A DNA stretch of 64,000 nt from the human T2T-CHM13v2.0 reference genome, Homo sapiens, in the NCBI RefSeq assembly GCF_009914755.1, contig NC_060932.1. One strand, written 5' to 3'. The notes beneath the pieces are model-generated. The model saw only the letters and a list, made by a program, of their open reading frames with translations. It did not search any database and was not told where the DNA came from. Made by a program: the position numbers and the translations under genes. This document shows, in pieces, positions 35,707 through 51,425 of this stretch (position 1 is its first letter; every line of letters begins with the position of its first letter).

Positions 35707-36476
35707 ACCAAAATATGCTCTCCACTTCTTTAGGTATTGGCTTTTTTCACTTAGCATCATTCTCTGGAGATTAATACAAGTCATTGTCTGTATCAATAGT
35801 CTGTTTCTTTTTATTGCTGAATAGTATTCCATGATATGGATTTAACATTTTGTTTAACCATTCACCCATTGATAGACATTTAGGTTGTTGCCAGTTTGGG
35901 ACTATTATTAATAAAGCTGCTAACATTCATATGTAGGTCTTCATATGAACATAAGTTTTCATTTCTCTGAGATAAATGCCCAGGAGTACAAATGCTAGGT
36001 TGTTTGGTAGTTGCGTGCTTAGTTTTGTGGGGTTTTTTTTCCAAAAGAAAAAAACTGCCAAACTTTTCCAGAGTAGTTATACAATTTTACATTTCTGCCA
36101 GCAGTATATGAGCAATGTAGTTTCTCCACATCCTTGCCAGCATTCAATGTTGATATTATGTTTTGTTTTAGCCATTTTGCCTCACTGTGGTTTTAATGTG
36201 CATTTTCTTAATGGCTAATGATGTAGAACATCTTTCCTTGTGCTAATGTGCCATTTATATAGCTTTTCAATGAAATGTCTGTTCATACCTGTTGTTTCTT
36301 AATTGGATTGTTCATTTTTTATACTGTGTGGTTTTCAGAATTCTCTATATGTTCTAAATACTAGTCCTTTCTTGGTATGTGGTTTGAAATTGAAATGATT
36401 TTCCCTATGTCTCTAGCTTGTCTTTCCATCCTCCAAAGGGGGTCTTTCTTAGAGCAAAAGTTTTCAGTTTTGATAA

Positions 36477-36803
<327 letters not shown>

Positions 36804-37070
36804 TCAAGTTCATTTTAAACAGATCAAATTTTTTATCTTAAGTCTAAGTACTCTTTCCCTAGTCCTAGATCCTAAAGATTTTCTCTTAAATTTTTCCCTA
36901 ACATTTTTCTCGTTTTATAGTTTACGTTTATATTCATCATCAATTTTGAGTTAAATGGTATATAAGTTGTGAGAATGAGGTTAAAGCTTATATTTTTCTG
37001 CCTATGATTATCCAAAGTCTATCCTTCCTTAATTGAATTGCCTTGGCACTTTTGTCAAAAATCAGTTGGT

Positions 37071-37516
37071 AGGCTGCGCACAGGGGCCTATTTCTGGGAG
37101 GCAGAGACGAGAAGATTACTTGAGGTCAGGACTTCAAGGCCAGTCTGGCCAACATGGTGAAACCCCATCTCTACCAAAAAAATACAAAAAAAATAACGGG
37201 GCATGGTGGCGCACCTGCAGTCCCAGCTACCCGAGAGGCTGAGGTAGGAGAATCACTTGAACCTGGGAGGCAGACGGAGGTTGCTGTGAGCCGAGATGTT
37301 GCCATTGCACTCCAGCCTGGGCGACAGAGCAAGACCCTGCCTCAAAAAAAAAAAAAAAAAAAAAAATCAACTGGTGCTGAGCATGGTGGTGCACAGTGTA
37401 TCTGTGGTCCCATCTAGTCAGGAAGCTAAAGCAGGAAGATCACCTGATCCCAGGAGTTTGAGGCTGGCCTGGGCAACATAGTGAGACCCTATCTCTAAAA
37501 CAAAAACAAACAAAAA
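37071..37516 (+). mobile_element. AluS (degenerate 5' end) plus FLAM-like monomer
   Basis: Alu to about 37366 then a monomer at 37375-37516; flanked by repeated aaaaatcagttgg. Confidence 0.82.
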
Positions 37517-37760
37517 TCACACTGTGGAGATCAATTTAAAAAAAAAATCAGTTGGGCATATTTGTGTAGTATATTTCTGGGTTCTTCTGTTTCATTGATC
37601 TATGTGTCTATCCCTTCAATAACACCATATAATATTGGTTATTATAGTTATAAAATAAGTCTTTAAATTAGGGAAAGTGATCTCCTTTACTTCATTCTTT
37701 TTCAAAATTGTTTTAGCTATGTTAGTTCCTTTGCCTTTCCTTGCAACTTTTAAAATTAGC

Positions 37761-37767
<7 letters not shown>

Positions 37768-37811
<44 letters not shown>
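37768..37811. repeat. (TA)n microsatellite
   Basis: About 22 TA units. Confidence 0.95.
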
Positions 37812-37814
<3 letters not shown>

Positions 37815-38962
37815 GTATGTATCTGCAAACAAAATCATGCTGGAATTGATGGGAATTTCTTTAAGCCTATAGATCCATTTGGGGAGCTCCTTGATTTTGG
37901 CATCTTTATGATTTTGAGTTTTTCAATCCATAAATATGTCTTCCATTTGTTAAGATCTTTGATTTATTTTATCAGTGTTTTGTAGCTTCAGCATATAAGT
38001 CATTACATGTTTTGTGAGATTCACACTGACATGGGTTATTTTGGTCTTTTTTTTTTTTTAGTTTTACAATTTTAAATGGTATGTTTTTCCCATTTTGGTG
38101 TCCATGAATTCATTGACAATATGTAGAAATACACCTAATTTTTGTGTGTGTTGGTTTCTTCAACCTTGCTTAATAGTTCTAGGAGTTATTTTGTAGATTC
38201 CTTGCCATTTCCTGTGTAAGCAATCATGCCACCTTTAAATAAGGACATTTTTATTTATTCTTTTTAATCTGTATGCCTTTCCCCACCTATCTTGTCTTAT
38301 TGCACTAGCTAGAACTTCTGGTACTATGTTGAATCAAAGTTGTGAGGGAGGAAATTTTTGCCTTGTTTTCCATCTTAGGTGGCAAGCATCTACTCTTTCA
38401 TCATTAATTTTAATGCTAGTTGTGGGATTTCTGTTGATAATTCTTTATTAAGCTGTGGAAGTTCTCTTTCTGATTTCAGAGGTTTTTTAAAATTATTATT
38501 AAGGATGGACGTTGAATTATGTCAAGTGGTTTTTTCACATTGCTAATGTAATCATCTGATTTTTCTCCTTCAGCCTTCAACTTGGTGAAGGTGATTTTCA
38601 AATACCAAACAAGGCCATCTTGCCTGGAATTAACACCACTTGGTCATATTGCATAACTTCTTTTATACATTGCTAAATTCTATTTGCTAACATATTGTTA
38701 AAGAATTTTGTATCTGTGTTATTGAGGTATATTGGTTTATAGTTTGTTTTTTTTTTTTTTTTTTTTTGTACTGTCTTTGGTTTTAGTATCAGAGTAATAC
38801 TTGCTTTATAAAAGGGATTGGAAGTGTTTCCTCCTCTTCTGTTTTCTAGAAGACAGTGTGTAGAATTGGTGCTAGTTCTTCTTTTCCCATTTGTTAGAAT
38901 TCTCCAGTGAAAGTATCTGGACCTGGAGATACCACTTTTGGGAGTTTTAAAATTACAAATTT

Positions 38963-39296
<334 letters not shown>

Positions 39297-39609
39297 CTAT
39301 TCAAATAATCTGTTTCATATAGCATGAGTTGTGGTAGTTATTTTTGTTTCTTTTTGAGAAATTTGTCCATTTCATCTAAGTTGTGAGAATGTATGTAGAC
39401 TTGTCCATTGTACTTTACCTAGCCTTGTGATATGTACAGGGCCTGTAGTGACAGCCTCCGTCTTATTCTTGATATTGGTAATTTGTATCTTCTGCCTTTT
39501 TTCATTTTTTAGTCAATTCATTGATCTTTTCAAATAACTCTATTGCATTGTTTTTTTCTCTGTTGTTTTTCTGTTCAATTTTATTTATTTCTGCTCTTTA
39601 ATTATTTCC

Positions 39610-39924
<315 letters not shown>

Positions 39925-41153
39925 TCACTTTCTCTGAGTTTATTTTGCTCTACTTTTTTCTAGGTTTTTGAGGTAAGAACTTAGATTATTGATTTGAGAC
40001 TTTTTTCTTTTTTAATGTAAGCTTTAAGTTCTGTAAAATTTCCTCTCAGTATCACTTCAGCTGTTTCTCACAAGTTTTGATAGGTTAAATTTGTATTTTC
40101 ATTTAGTTCAGTGTTTGTTTTTACATTTTCATTGAGACTTCCTCTTTGACCCTTGGATTATTTAGAAATATGTTGTTTAATTTCAAAGTGTTTGGAGAAT
40201 TTCATGTTATCATTCTGTTATTGATTTTTAGTTTGATTGTACTGTGATTAGAGAATATACTCTATATGATTTCAGTTCTTTTAAATTTGTTTATATGTGT
40301 CTTATGGCACATGCATTTTGTGGGCACCTGAAAAAAATATGTATTCTGCTGTTGTTTGGTGGAGTATTCTATAATGTCAGCTAGAACCTGTTTATTGATG
40401 GTGGTGTTGTGCTCTTCTGTATTCTTTCTGATATTCTCTCTAGTTCTATCAAATGTTGAGGGAGAGATGTTGATGTCTGCAATTCTAATTGTGGATTTGT
40501 CTATTCTTTGAGTTTTATCAGTTTTTGCTTCATGTATTTTGAATCTATGTTGTTTGTTGCAGATACATTTAGGATTGCTATGTCTTCATGGTGGATTGAT
40601 CTTTGTGTCATTATGTAATGTGCCTTTCTATATTTGGAGTTTTCTGTGCTCTGAAATCTACTTCATCTGATATTAATATAGCACTCCCACTATATTTTAA
40701 TCAATGTTTACATGATGTATCTTTTCTCATTTTTTACTTTCATCCTACCTATATGTCTGTATTTGAAGTGAGTTTCTTGTAGACGGCATATAGATGGATC
40801 ATAAATTTACTCTGCCAATCTCTGTCTTTTAATTGGTTTATTTAGACCATTTATCCTCAGTGTAATTATTGATACATTAGGGCTTAAGTGTACCTTTTTA
40901 CTTTTTGTTTTCTTTGTTCTCTGGTTTTTTTTTTTGTTTTATTTTTCCTGGTTTCATATGGGTTACTTGAACATTAATTTTTTTAGAATTTTATTTATAA
41001 CGTTTTGGTGTATATCTCTTTTTATAGATATTTTATTGCTTGCTCTGGGTATTACATATATGTAACTTAGCACAGTCTACTGGGTCAAAATTTTACCAGT
41101 TTCCGTGAAGTATAGAAACCATACCTCCCTTTATATCCCCTTTCCCTCCCTAT

Positions 41154-41157
<4 letters not shown>

Positions 41158-41184
<27 letters not shown>

Positions 41185-42403
41185 TCTTTTAGAATAACAA
41201 AAAACATTTTACTAAAACATAAGATTTGCAGAAATTTCCAGACAAGCCATACAAAATGGTCACAAGCTTTTTTTGAAGGGGGGAATCTACATTTGACAGC
41301 AGTGTTATTAGTGAGGGCTGTGATGTTTGTTTAATGTTCCCATTTTGGTTCAATCAATCAAGCTTGTCCATCTACAGCATCTAAATAAAGTTAGACTTGG
41401 CTAGAGAGCATATTCTAAAGACCTGGTTAGCTGCTTTTAACCAATGCAATTAGATCACCAAAAAAGGGGGAAAGGAACCCATAAAATTAAACTACCTCCC
41501 CCCTCAAAAAAAATAAAATAAAGAAAAACACGCACATCCCTGCAGCTAACCGGACAACTACCTTCATTCACAGTGCTTTATACTTAAACCAGGATGGGGG
41601 AAGTAAATAGAAACGGGGCGGGGGGGCACTGCTTTTAAACGTTTCACAACAATCCAGATGATACTTCTAGCTTCTGCTCATGCTTTATGACAGTGAATCA
41701 GGACAAGACATAGATTTGCTAATGTGCATTTAATCACCAAAGGACTGAAGATGTCTGGGCTTTTTTATTCAGTAATGTTTCTAAGACTGTCTCCATTAAA
41801 TGCAAACAAAAAGGAGGAAGTCTTGGCAGAACAGGAGAAGTGATGCACACTTGATGATCGGATCAATTTAAATATTATTCATGGCATATAGCCTAGTTCA
41901 TGCTCTAGCTGTTTCTATGGCTTGGGCTTTGTTGGTCTTCCACTGCTCTGCTACATCATTTGCTAATGGATCGTCTGGATTGGGAGCACATAACAAGGCC
42001 TGGGTTGATAGCAGAACTGTGTGCGGATCTGCAGTGCTGGGGACCAGTTACCTTTCAAAATATCGAAACATATTCTTCCCAACTTGTCTACATTAGGATG
42101 ATAAATTTTGGTCATGAAACATACTGTAGGGGCTGCCATTGAGTATTCTTCTGGAAGGAATAGTTCAAGTTTAAAAGTCCCTCCCTCAAAGGGGGAAGGA
42201 ATCCTGAGAGCCAGCAATGACCACATGAAAATAACAGGCATTGCTCTCATCTGGTTCTGCTTTGATGCCAGGAACTGGTTCTGCCAGCAAACCCTGGGTT
42301 TCCTTGATGATCCTGCGGGGCAGCCCTGCCATCTTATCAGAACCCGAGTTCGGCCTCTGGTCTAGTCTCCGGCTCCGCTTGCCTCACGCACGAGTAGAAG
42401 TCC
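41158..42403 (-). pseudogene. Processed pseudogene of UBE2N (UBC13): about 70 nt 5'UTR, CDS remnant 42332-41868, 3'UTR, poly(A)-derived (TAAA)n
   Basis: Intronless [13 protein letters not shown]... to ...LYAMNNI*. Has 4-bp and 2-bp insertions, a 15-bp TSD TCCCTCCCTATTTAT (41143-41157 and 42404-42418) and a tail at about 41158-41190. Confidence 0.95.
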
Positions 42404-42610
42404 TCCCTCCCTATTTATAATATGATTGTCTTTAATGTTTTATCTGCATACATTTAGAACCACCTCAGACAATGTTATAATTTTTGTTACAATAAAAATT
42501 TAGAAAACTCAAGAGGAGTAGGAAAGCCTCTTGTATGTACCTGTATTATTTTATCTATAGCCTTCCATTTCTATTTCTTTCTTCCCACAGGTCCTTGGTT
42601 CTGTTGGGGG

Positions 42611-42909
<299 letters not shown>

Positions 42910-43349
42910 AGGTTTTTTACTTTTTTTTTAAGTCTGTTTTCCCTTTATTATTTATATTGGGTAATTTTTATTATTTTTATCTTCGACTTTATTGATTCTT
43001 TTCTCTTTCTCCTCCTTTCTGCTGTTGAACCTATTCTTTTATTTTCACTATTTTTTTAGTTCTGAAACTTCCATTTTTAAGAAATATTTATTCTGTTTAT
43101 TTGCTGAGACTATTTTTTTTCATTTGTCTCAAGTGCGTCAAGGTTGCTTATTAAAGCTTTTTTAAATGGCTGCTTTAGAATCTTTGCCAGATAATTCTAA
43201 CCTTTATGTTATCTCAGTATTGACATCTATTAACTGTCTTTATTCATTCAAGTTGAGATTTTTCATGGTTCTTAGTATAACAAGTGATTTTTGATAGAAA
43301 CATGGACATTTGGAGTATTATGTTTTGAGACTCTGGATCTTATTGAAAC

Positions 43350-44940
<1,591 letters not shown>

Positions 44941-45534
44941 TTTTTAATATTAAGCAGCGCCATGTTTTAAGGAATAGGCATTAAAGTGTTTTCTCTTGTC
45001 CAAGGACTGAGAAGAACCAGGAGAATTTTGTCTGCTCTATTTCCTGACTCCTTTTCTATTAATACTTAAATGTGAGGTATTCAGCAACTATAGTCAGTTT
45101 GATAGCAAAGGTAGATGCTCCTTTGGCATTTAATGGTATGTTCTTTGAAAGAGCTATCAAAATTTCTGAAGGTTTTATTTGTACATTTTATTTCATTGTT
45201 TGGGCACTTTTTTGAGGCTGTTGACAGTTTTTGTTTATCCTCCGTATTTCCCCCTGAGGGGTCTTGAGGCCATACTGGGAGGGCACAAGGGAGCCCAAGC
45301 CCAGGGACTTAGCCTTCTTCCATCCCTTCCTGACACAGGGCTTTCACTAGAACAGTGAAGTCAGACTACTGGTGGCCATGCTGGAGCATGAAGGACAGCT
45401 GTGCCTCTGTGGGTGGGCTTGGCTTTAGCTGTCCATAGCAGGCGAGTCATTGCTCTTTGCATTCCTGATTTAGCAAGAATATGAGGGGACCCCAATATTG
45501 CAAAGAAACTGTTGCATGTCTTTCTCTTTTCCAG

Positions 45535-45730
45535 GCAAAAACTGATTATTCCAAGTGGAAGTTGCCCTGTTATTCTGAATACTTACTTTTGTGAGAAAGT
45601 TGTTGCCAAAGAAGATTCAGAAAAAACTTGTGAAGTGTACTGTCCGGACATACCCCTTCCAAGAAGAAGCATCTCTTTGGCCCAGATGTTTGTAATTAAG
45701 GGTCTAACAAATAATTCACCTGAAATCCAG
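45535..45730 (+). CDS. SPIDR: SPIDR internal coding exon (196 nt, probably exon 9), phase 2 to 0
   Basis: Acceptor tttctcttttccag|G and donor CAG|gtaaac. Translates (W)QKLIIPSGSCPVILNTYFCEKVVAKEDSEKTCEVYCPDIPLPRRSISLAQMFVIKGLTNNSPEIQ, which I recognise as human SPIDR/KIAA0146. The exon number is from memory. Confidence 0.95.
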
Positions 45731-45983
45731 GTAAACTCCTATTGGCCTAAAGGTTTTATGCTTGTAATAATGTTAGTGACTGGATTTGGAAGGGCTTCAG
45801 TGTAAGTGAAGATGTTAGCCTTTTGTCTCCCTCCAAAAACCCCACCACAAGGATGTATGCTGCATGAACTTACTGTTACGCCTGAATATATTATAGTTCA
45901 GTTCAGCATTTAGTGGTGCTCTTGTTACAGTATTTCATCTTTCTAATTATGTGTCTTTAATCTTTATTCTAATTTATTAAAAT

Positions 45984-47300
45984 AGAGTCATGCATCACTT
46001 AACAGGGATATGGTCTGAGAAATTTGTCATTAGGTGATTTTGTCATTGTGTGACCATCATAGCGTGCACTTACACAAACCTAGATGGTCCAGCCTACTAC
46101 ACACCTAGGCTATATGGTATGGCTGATTGCTTCTAGGCTACAAACCTGCATGGTGGCAAGTACTTGTGTATGTAAACGTATCTAAACATAGAAAAAGGAT
46201 AGTAAAAATACAGTCCAAAAGATAAAAAATGGTGCACCTGTATAGGGTATTTACCATAAATGGAGCCCGTAGAACTGGAAGTTGCTCTCGATGAGTCAGT
46301 GAGTGAGTGGGGAGTGAATGTGAAGGCCTCGGACACTACTGTAGACTTTATAAACCCTGAACACTTGCACTACACTAAATTAAATTTTTTTCTTCAGTAA
46401 TAAGTTAACCTTAATTTACTGTAACTTTCTAGCTTTATAAACTTTAAATTTTTCATTAACTTTTTTACTCTTTTATAGCAACACTTAGCTTACAACACAA
46501 ATACATTGTACAGCTATAAAAAATATTTTTTCTTTATATCCTTTTTTCTATTTTTATTTTTATTTTTTTACTTTTAAAACTTTTTTTGTTGTAAACTAAA
46601 ACACAAACATACACAATAGCCTAGATCTTCACAGGGTCAGGGCCATCAATATCACCATCTTCCACCTCCACATCTTGTCCCACTGGAATGTGTTGAGGGA
46701 CAGTAACATGCATGAAGCTGTCATCTCCTTGGATAACAATGCCTTCTTCTGGATACCTTCTGAAGTACCTGTCTAAGGATGTTTTACAGATAACTTGTTT
46801 TTTAACAAGTAGAATACTCTAAAATAACAATAAAAAGTATAGTACAGTAAATACATAAGCCAGTAACATTGTTTATTATTATCAAATATTAGATACTGTA
46901 CATAACAGGATGTGCTAGACTTTTATGCAACTGGCAACACACTACCTTTTTTTTTATACTTTAAGTTTTAGGGTACATGTGCACAACGTGCAGGTTTGTT
47001 ACATATGTATACATGTTCCATGTTGGTGTGCTGCACCCATTAACTCGTCATTTAGCATTAGGTATATCTCCTAATGCTATCCCTACCCCTTTCCCCCACT
47101 CCACAACAGGCCCCAGTGTGTGATCTTCCCCTTCCTGTGTCCATGGGCAACACACTACTTTTGTTTACACCAGCATTACCACAAACATGTGAATACATCA
47201 CTAGGCAACAGGAATTTTTCGTCTCCATCATAGTTTTATGAGACCACGGTCAAACATGCTGTCCATTGTTGACAGAAGCATCATTATACAGTGCATGCTG
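45984..47300. mobile_element. Tigger3/MER7 DNA transposon (about 1.1 kb, Tigger3b-like) interrupted by an L1PA fragment
   Basis: agtcatgcatcacttaac...acacaaacctagatgg..agcctactacacacctaggctatatgg at the start and ttatacagtgcatg at the end. Confidence 0.85.
46946..47145 (-). mobile_element. 200-bp 5'-truncated L1PA 3' end
   Basis: ttatactttaagttttagggtacatgtgcacaacgtgcagg; 13-bp TSD GGCAACACACTAC (46933-46945 and 47146-47158). Confidence 0.93.
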
Positions 47301-47924
47301 GTATTTGACAACGTTCATTTTCTCTATTCTTGTAATGTCTAAGAATTTTTAAAGCCCTCCTTTATTTATTTAAAAAATCATATTTTGCTTTTCCACAATA
47401 TGTATTATCCCTTGGAATAAAAAGAACTGCATAAGCTTGAGTTTATATGCTGGAGTTGTTTTTTGGAATTTTACTGATCCTAAGCCATGATCATGTGCCA
47501 AGATGAATTTAGGGAACCACTAAAATTCACTTGCTGTGGGCATGAATGGCCCCTGGGACCACCCTAAGCACTGAATGTTTGTGTGGCTCCCAGTGCACTG
47601 GCCTCAAGATCTCTGGGTTATATAAGTTGTCGCTGAACAGAATGCTTCCTGAGACTGACAGATCAAGGGAGGAAGAATACGAAAGAAAAGTAGACAAACT
47701 TTCAGCCTCTTTTGTGCCAGCCAGTCAAGCAAAATCTCTCTTTGACTATCAAAAGAAGTATCTGGAGAGGATTATGCAAAAAGGAAGACTCTCGAATCAA
47801 TTTAATTATAACATCAAAAATATGGCCCAGAGCACATTACTGTTTTAACATATAGTTTTAAACAGCTATGTAATATTAATCCCATGAGATTCATTTTTGT
47901 CCTGTGACAGTGATAATGAAACTA

Positions 47925-48280
47925 CTTGTAGCATAATGGTTAAACGTGTGAACTTTGGAGCCAGATGACCTGGTTCAAATCCTGCCTCAGCCACTTCCTG
48001 CTGGGTCATCTTGGGCAAGATCTGTGGTCTCTATGTCTCAGTTTTCTTATCTGTAAAATGGAGGTGTGATATTATCTATCTTCTTGGGTGATTGTGTGAG
48101 GGTAAGCATGTTTAATATGTACATTTAAAAGCCTGGAATATAGGAAGCACTCTAGAAGTGTTGTTGTTTTATTATGACAGCTGATACTACGTAAGGGGTT
48201 GTTGGGAGAATATGTGAGCATGTAAAATGCTCAGCCTAGGAGATTGCACATACAAGAACTTAATAAAATGAAGCATTTGT
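47925..48280 (+). mobile_element. MIR relics
   Basis: ctttggagccaga...ggttcaaatcctgcctcagccactt...ctcagttttcttatctgtaaaatgg. Confidence 0.8.
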
Positions 48281-48669
48281 ATTATCCCTAGTCATTCTTT
48301 TATCTTCATTTTTAGTTTGTTCTGTTGGAATTCTTACCTCAAAAGAGAAAAATTTATTGAATTATCATGAATTATTTTATTAGCAGAACTTCCTGTGTGT
48401 TTTCAAAGACCTGCCTGGTATAGCAAACATCCTGCTGTGGTCCTTGTTCTTTCACTCGCCTTCAGCTTGCAGTCTTAGCCACCTGGCAGGCCCAGAGCCC
48501 CATGCCACAAGTTCCTTTATTTTCATCTTCATCATCACTTCAGTGTAGTGCAGATCCATTGGGTGGCTGCTTAAGGATGTCATTATTTGGTGTGCAGCAT
48601 GTTGCTTGTTGTTAGCCGAACTGAAACTTTGTGAGTCTTGAAACTGTTCCCTTTATGTGTCTTGGCCAG

Positions 48670-48920
48670 GTTGTGTGTAGTGGTGTAGCCACTACAGGGA
48701 CAGCCTGGACCCATGGGCACAAAGAAGCAAAACAGCGCATCCCAACCAGCACTCCCCTGAGGGATTCTCTCCTGGATGTGGTGGAAAGCCAGGGAGCTGC
48801 CTCGTGGCCAGGAGCTGGAGTCCGAGTGGTGGTGCAAAGAGTGTATTCTCTTCCCAGCAGAGACAGCACCAGGGGTCAGCAGGGGGCCAGCTCAGGACAC
48901 ACAGACCCAGCTGGAACTCG
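48670..48920 (+). CDS. SPIDR: SPIDR internal coding exon (251 nt, probably exon 10), phase 0 to 2
   Basis: Acceptor tgtgtcttggccag|G and donor TCG|gtgagt. Translates VVCSGVATTGTAWTHGHKEAKQRIPTSTPLRDSLLDVVESQGAASWPGAGVRVVVQRVYSLPSRDSTRGQQGASSGHTDPAGT(R), in frame and directly continuing the previous exon. Confidence 0.95.
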
Positions 48921-49555
48921 GTGAGTGCCAAGATGCTGGTGTGGGGCAGAGGTGAAGAGTCACTTAGACAGAGTGCTCTAGAAAGTGGAGCCTCTTCTCA
49001 GAGCACGTTCTTAGCTGCATTCACCATATACGTGAGCTGTTTTTGTTTTTCCTTGCATCAAAATTTGGGATACATGGCATGATGAAGGATTTTATCTATC
49101 TATTTAATTTTAAAGTCCTATTAAAAATTAAATTTGCTGCATTTTGTTTTACCTTTAATGGTTCATGTTCTTGAAAGTAATACAAATGCAAGAAATATTG
49201 GTATTATTCTGGAAAAGCCAAGACATGTGGTTGTCATACCTCAAAAGACCATTTGCAACATCCAGTTTTATATGTCTCGAAAACCTGAGTAAATAATGGC
49301 AATTGGTAAACCTGTGGCTTTCAGAGAGTACTGTATCAAACCATCTGCATCAGTACTGCCTAATACAACTTTCTGCAATGATGTAAATGTCGTCTGTCTG
49401 CACCATCCAATGCAGTTAAGTGCAGACAAATGTAGTAGAAGTGATGTTGTCTCTACTCAGATTTAGGCCCTTCCTGGTGTTGGTTCTTACAGATAGCTGT
49501 AGACGCATGATTGACAGAGAGGTTTGTTTGTTTACATCAGAGCCTCAGCATAGCC

Positions 49556-50085
49556 TTTTTTCTTTTTGCAATCTCTGCCTCTGGAGTTCAAGAGATTCTC
49601 GTGCCCAAGTAGCTGGGATTACAGGCTTGCACCACCATGCCTGGCTAATTTTTGTATTTTTAGTAGAGACAAGGTTTTGCTATGTTGGCCAGGCTGGTCT
49701 CAAACTCCTGGCCTCAAGTGATCCACCCGCCTCGGCCTCCCAAAGTGCTGGTATTACTGGCGTGAGCCACCACGCCCAGTCTGGCATAGCCTTTTGAAGT
49801 TATCTCTGGCAATGATAATTGCCCTCAAAGAAGTAACATGGATTTCCAACAGAATAGAAATTAAAAGTATAGATGCTACTTCATCAGTTTGGTTTTGTTT
49901 AACTATTAATAAGAAAACACGTAGTGAAGAAATAGTACTTAACAATCATCCTGGCCGGGCATGGTTGCTCACACATATAATCCCAGCACTTTGGGAGGAG
50001 CCCTAGGCAGGCAGGTCACTTGAGCCCAGGAGTTTGAGACCAGCCTGGGCAAAGCAAGAGAGCAAGACCCCATCTCTAATATAAA
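49556..50085. mobile_element. Partial antisense Alu (49556-49784) and + strand FLAM-like monomer (49952-50085)
   Basis: Alu sequence in opposite orientations. Confidence 0.85.
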
Positions 50086-51137
50086 GACAATGCAATCATC
50101 CTATCATTATGCTGCCTTCTGATGCCAGAGAGAGAAACAGGATACCTATACTCCGGTGTGAATTATGAATCATCTTCAAGTGGAGGCACTTTATTTGAAA
50201 ATACTATGAATTTGAGAAAGTCGTCTTGAGGTCTAGAGTTGGAGAATGTTTCTTTTGGAATTACAGAAAAAAGATTCTTTTTTGGAATATGTATGTTTGT
50301 AAAATCCATTAAATCAGTTTTAAGGTATTTATCATGGCTTGTAGATGTAGACCAGTCTTCTACCCTTTGCCCTAAATCTGTGGTAAATTTATATAGAATT
50401 TTCCAAGACAGTTACACATCAGACATAGGTTTTTGTTTTGTGTTTTTGTTTTGCTTGGCCTTTTTAATGACACATATCCAGTGTTAGGTTTTGAAGAAGG
50501 GGATACTAGTTACCTTGGCAATGAGGAACTTGGTAGAGCTTCCTCATCTCAGTACACAGACCACACACTCCAAGGGGACGAGGAAACAGAGACAGTGGGG
50601 AACTGAATCACCCTGACGAGAAAGAACGACAAAACTGACAGTGCGGTTGCTTCCTATGACTAATCACAACCAATGCACGTTATGAAGGCTGTCCCTCTAG
50701 GTCCTTCAGTGGTACTTGTTTTACTTGTTTAGCAAAGAGAGAAAAACTAGAAGCTAAAATCTGGTGAAATGCTACCGATGTGAGTTGCATTGTGAATGCT
50801 TTGGAGTTGTACTTTGGAATACATGTGGTGACATATCTAATGAGAATATCCTTGTGGTAGACTGAAAGAAGGCCAGGCATGAACTTCAAAAACAAGAAAA
50901 CAACATCCAGTTATTCAGAGTTAATGAATATGCATTCTGTGTGATGCATTTTCTGTAGCACATCTGAGATTGCACAATATCGAGGCTAGACAATATTATT
51001 TCCACTTTGCAGATGAGGAAACACAGCCTCAAGGAGGATCTCACTGCTGACACAGGTAGACACAAAGAAAAATGAATGGGATATAGAATCCCAGATGGCA
51101 TGGTTGTAGAGTGTTAGAGTTTAAAAGAAAAGGGAGA

Positions 51138-51425
51138 GGCTAGGCGCGGTGGCTCATGCCTGTAATCCCAGCACTTTGGGAGGCCGAGGCGGGCGGATCT
51201 CGAGGTCAGGGGATCGAGACCATCCTGGCCAACATGGTGAAACCCCGTCTCTACTAAAAATACGAAAATTAGTTGGGCATGGTGGTGCGTGCCTGCAGTC
51301 CCAGCTACTCTGGAGACTGAGGCAGAAGAATCGCTTAAACAGGGAGGCGGAGGTTGCAGTGAGCCAAGATCGTGCCACTGCACTCCAGCCTGGGGACAGA
51401 TGAGACTTCCGTCTCAAAAAGAAAA
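51138..51425 (+). mobile_element. AluSc-like, next to a minus-strand MIR (about 50960-51110)
   Basis: Alu dimer; TSD aaaagaaaagggaga; MIR core ccactttgcagatgaggaaac. Confidence 0.9.

Noticed and set aside
45731-45805. ORF continuing past the exon donor (VNSYWPKG...)
   Set aside because: Intron read-through beyond a canonical GT donor; the real protein continues at 48670.
47546-47848. 100-aa ORF in the intron between the two exons
   Set aside because: The flanking exons already join seamlessly in the known protein; no good donor and no recognisable motif.
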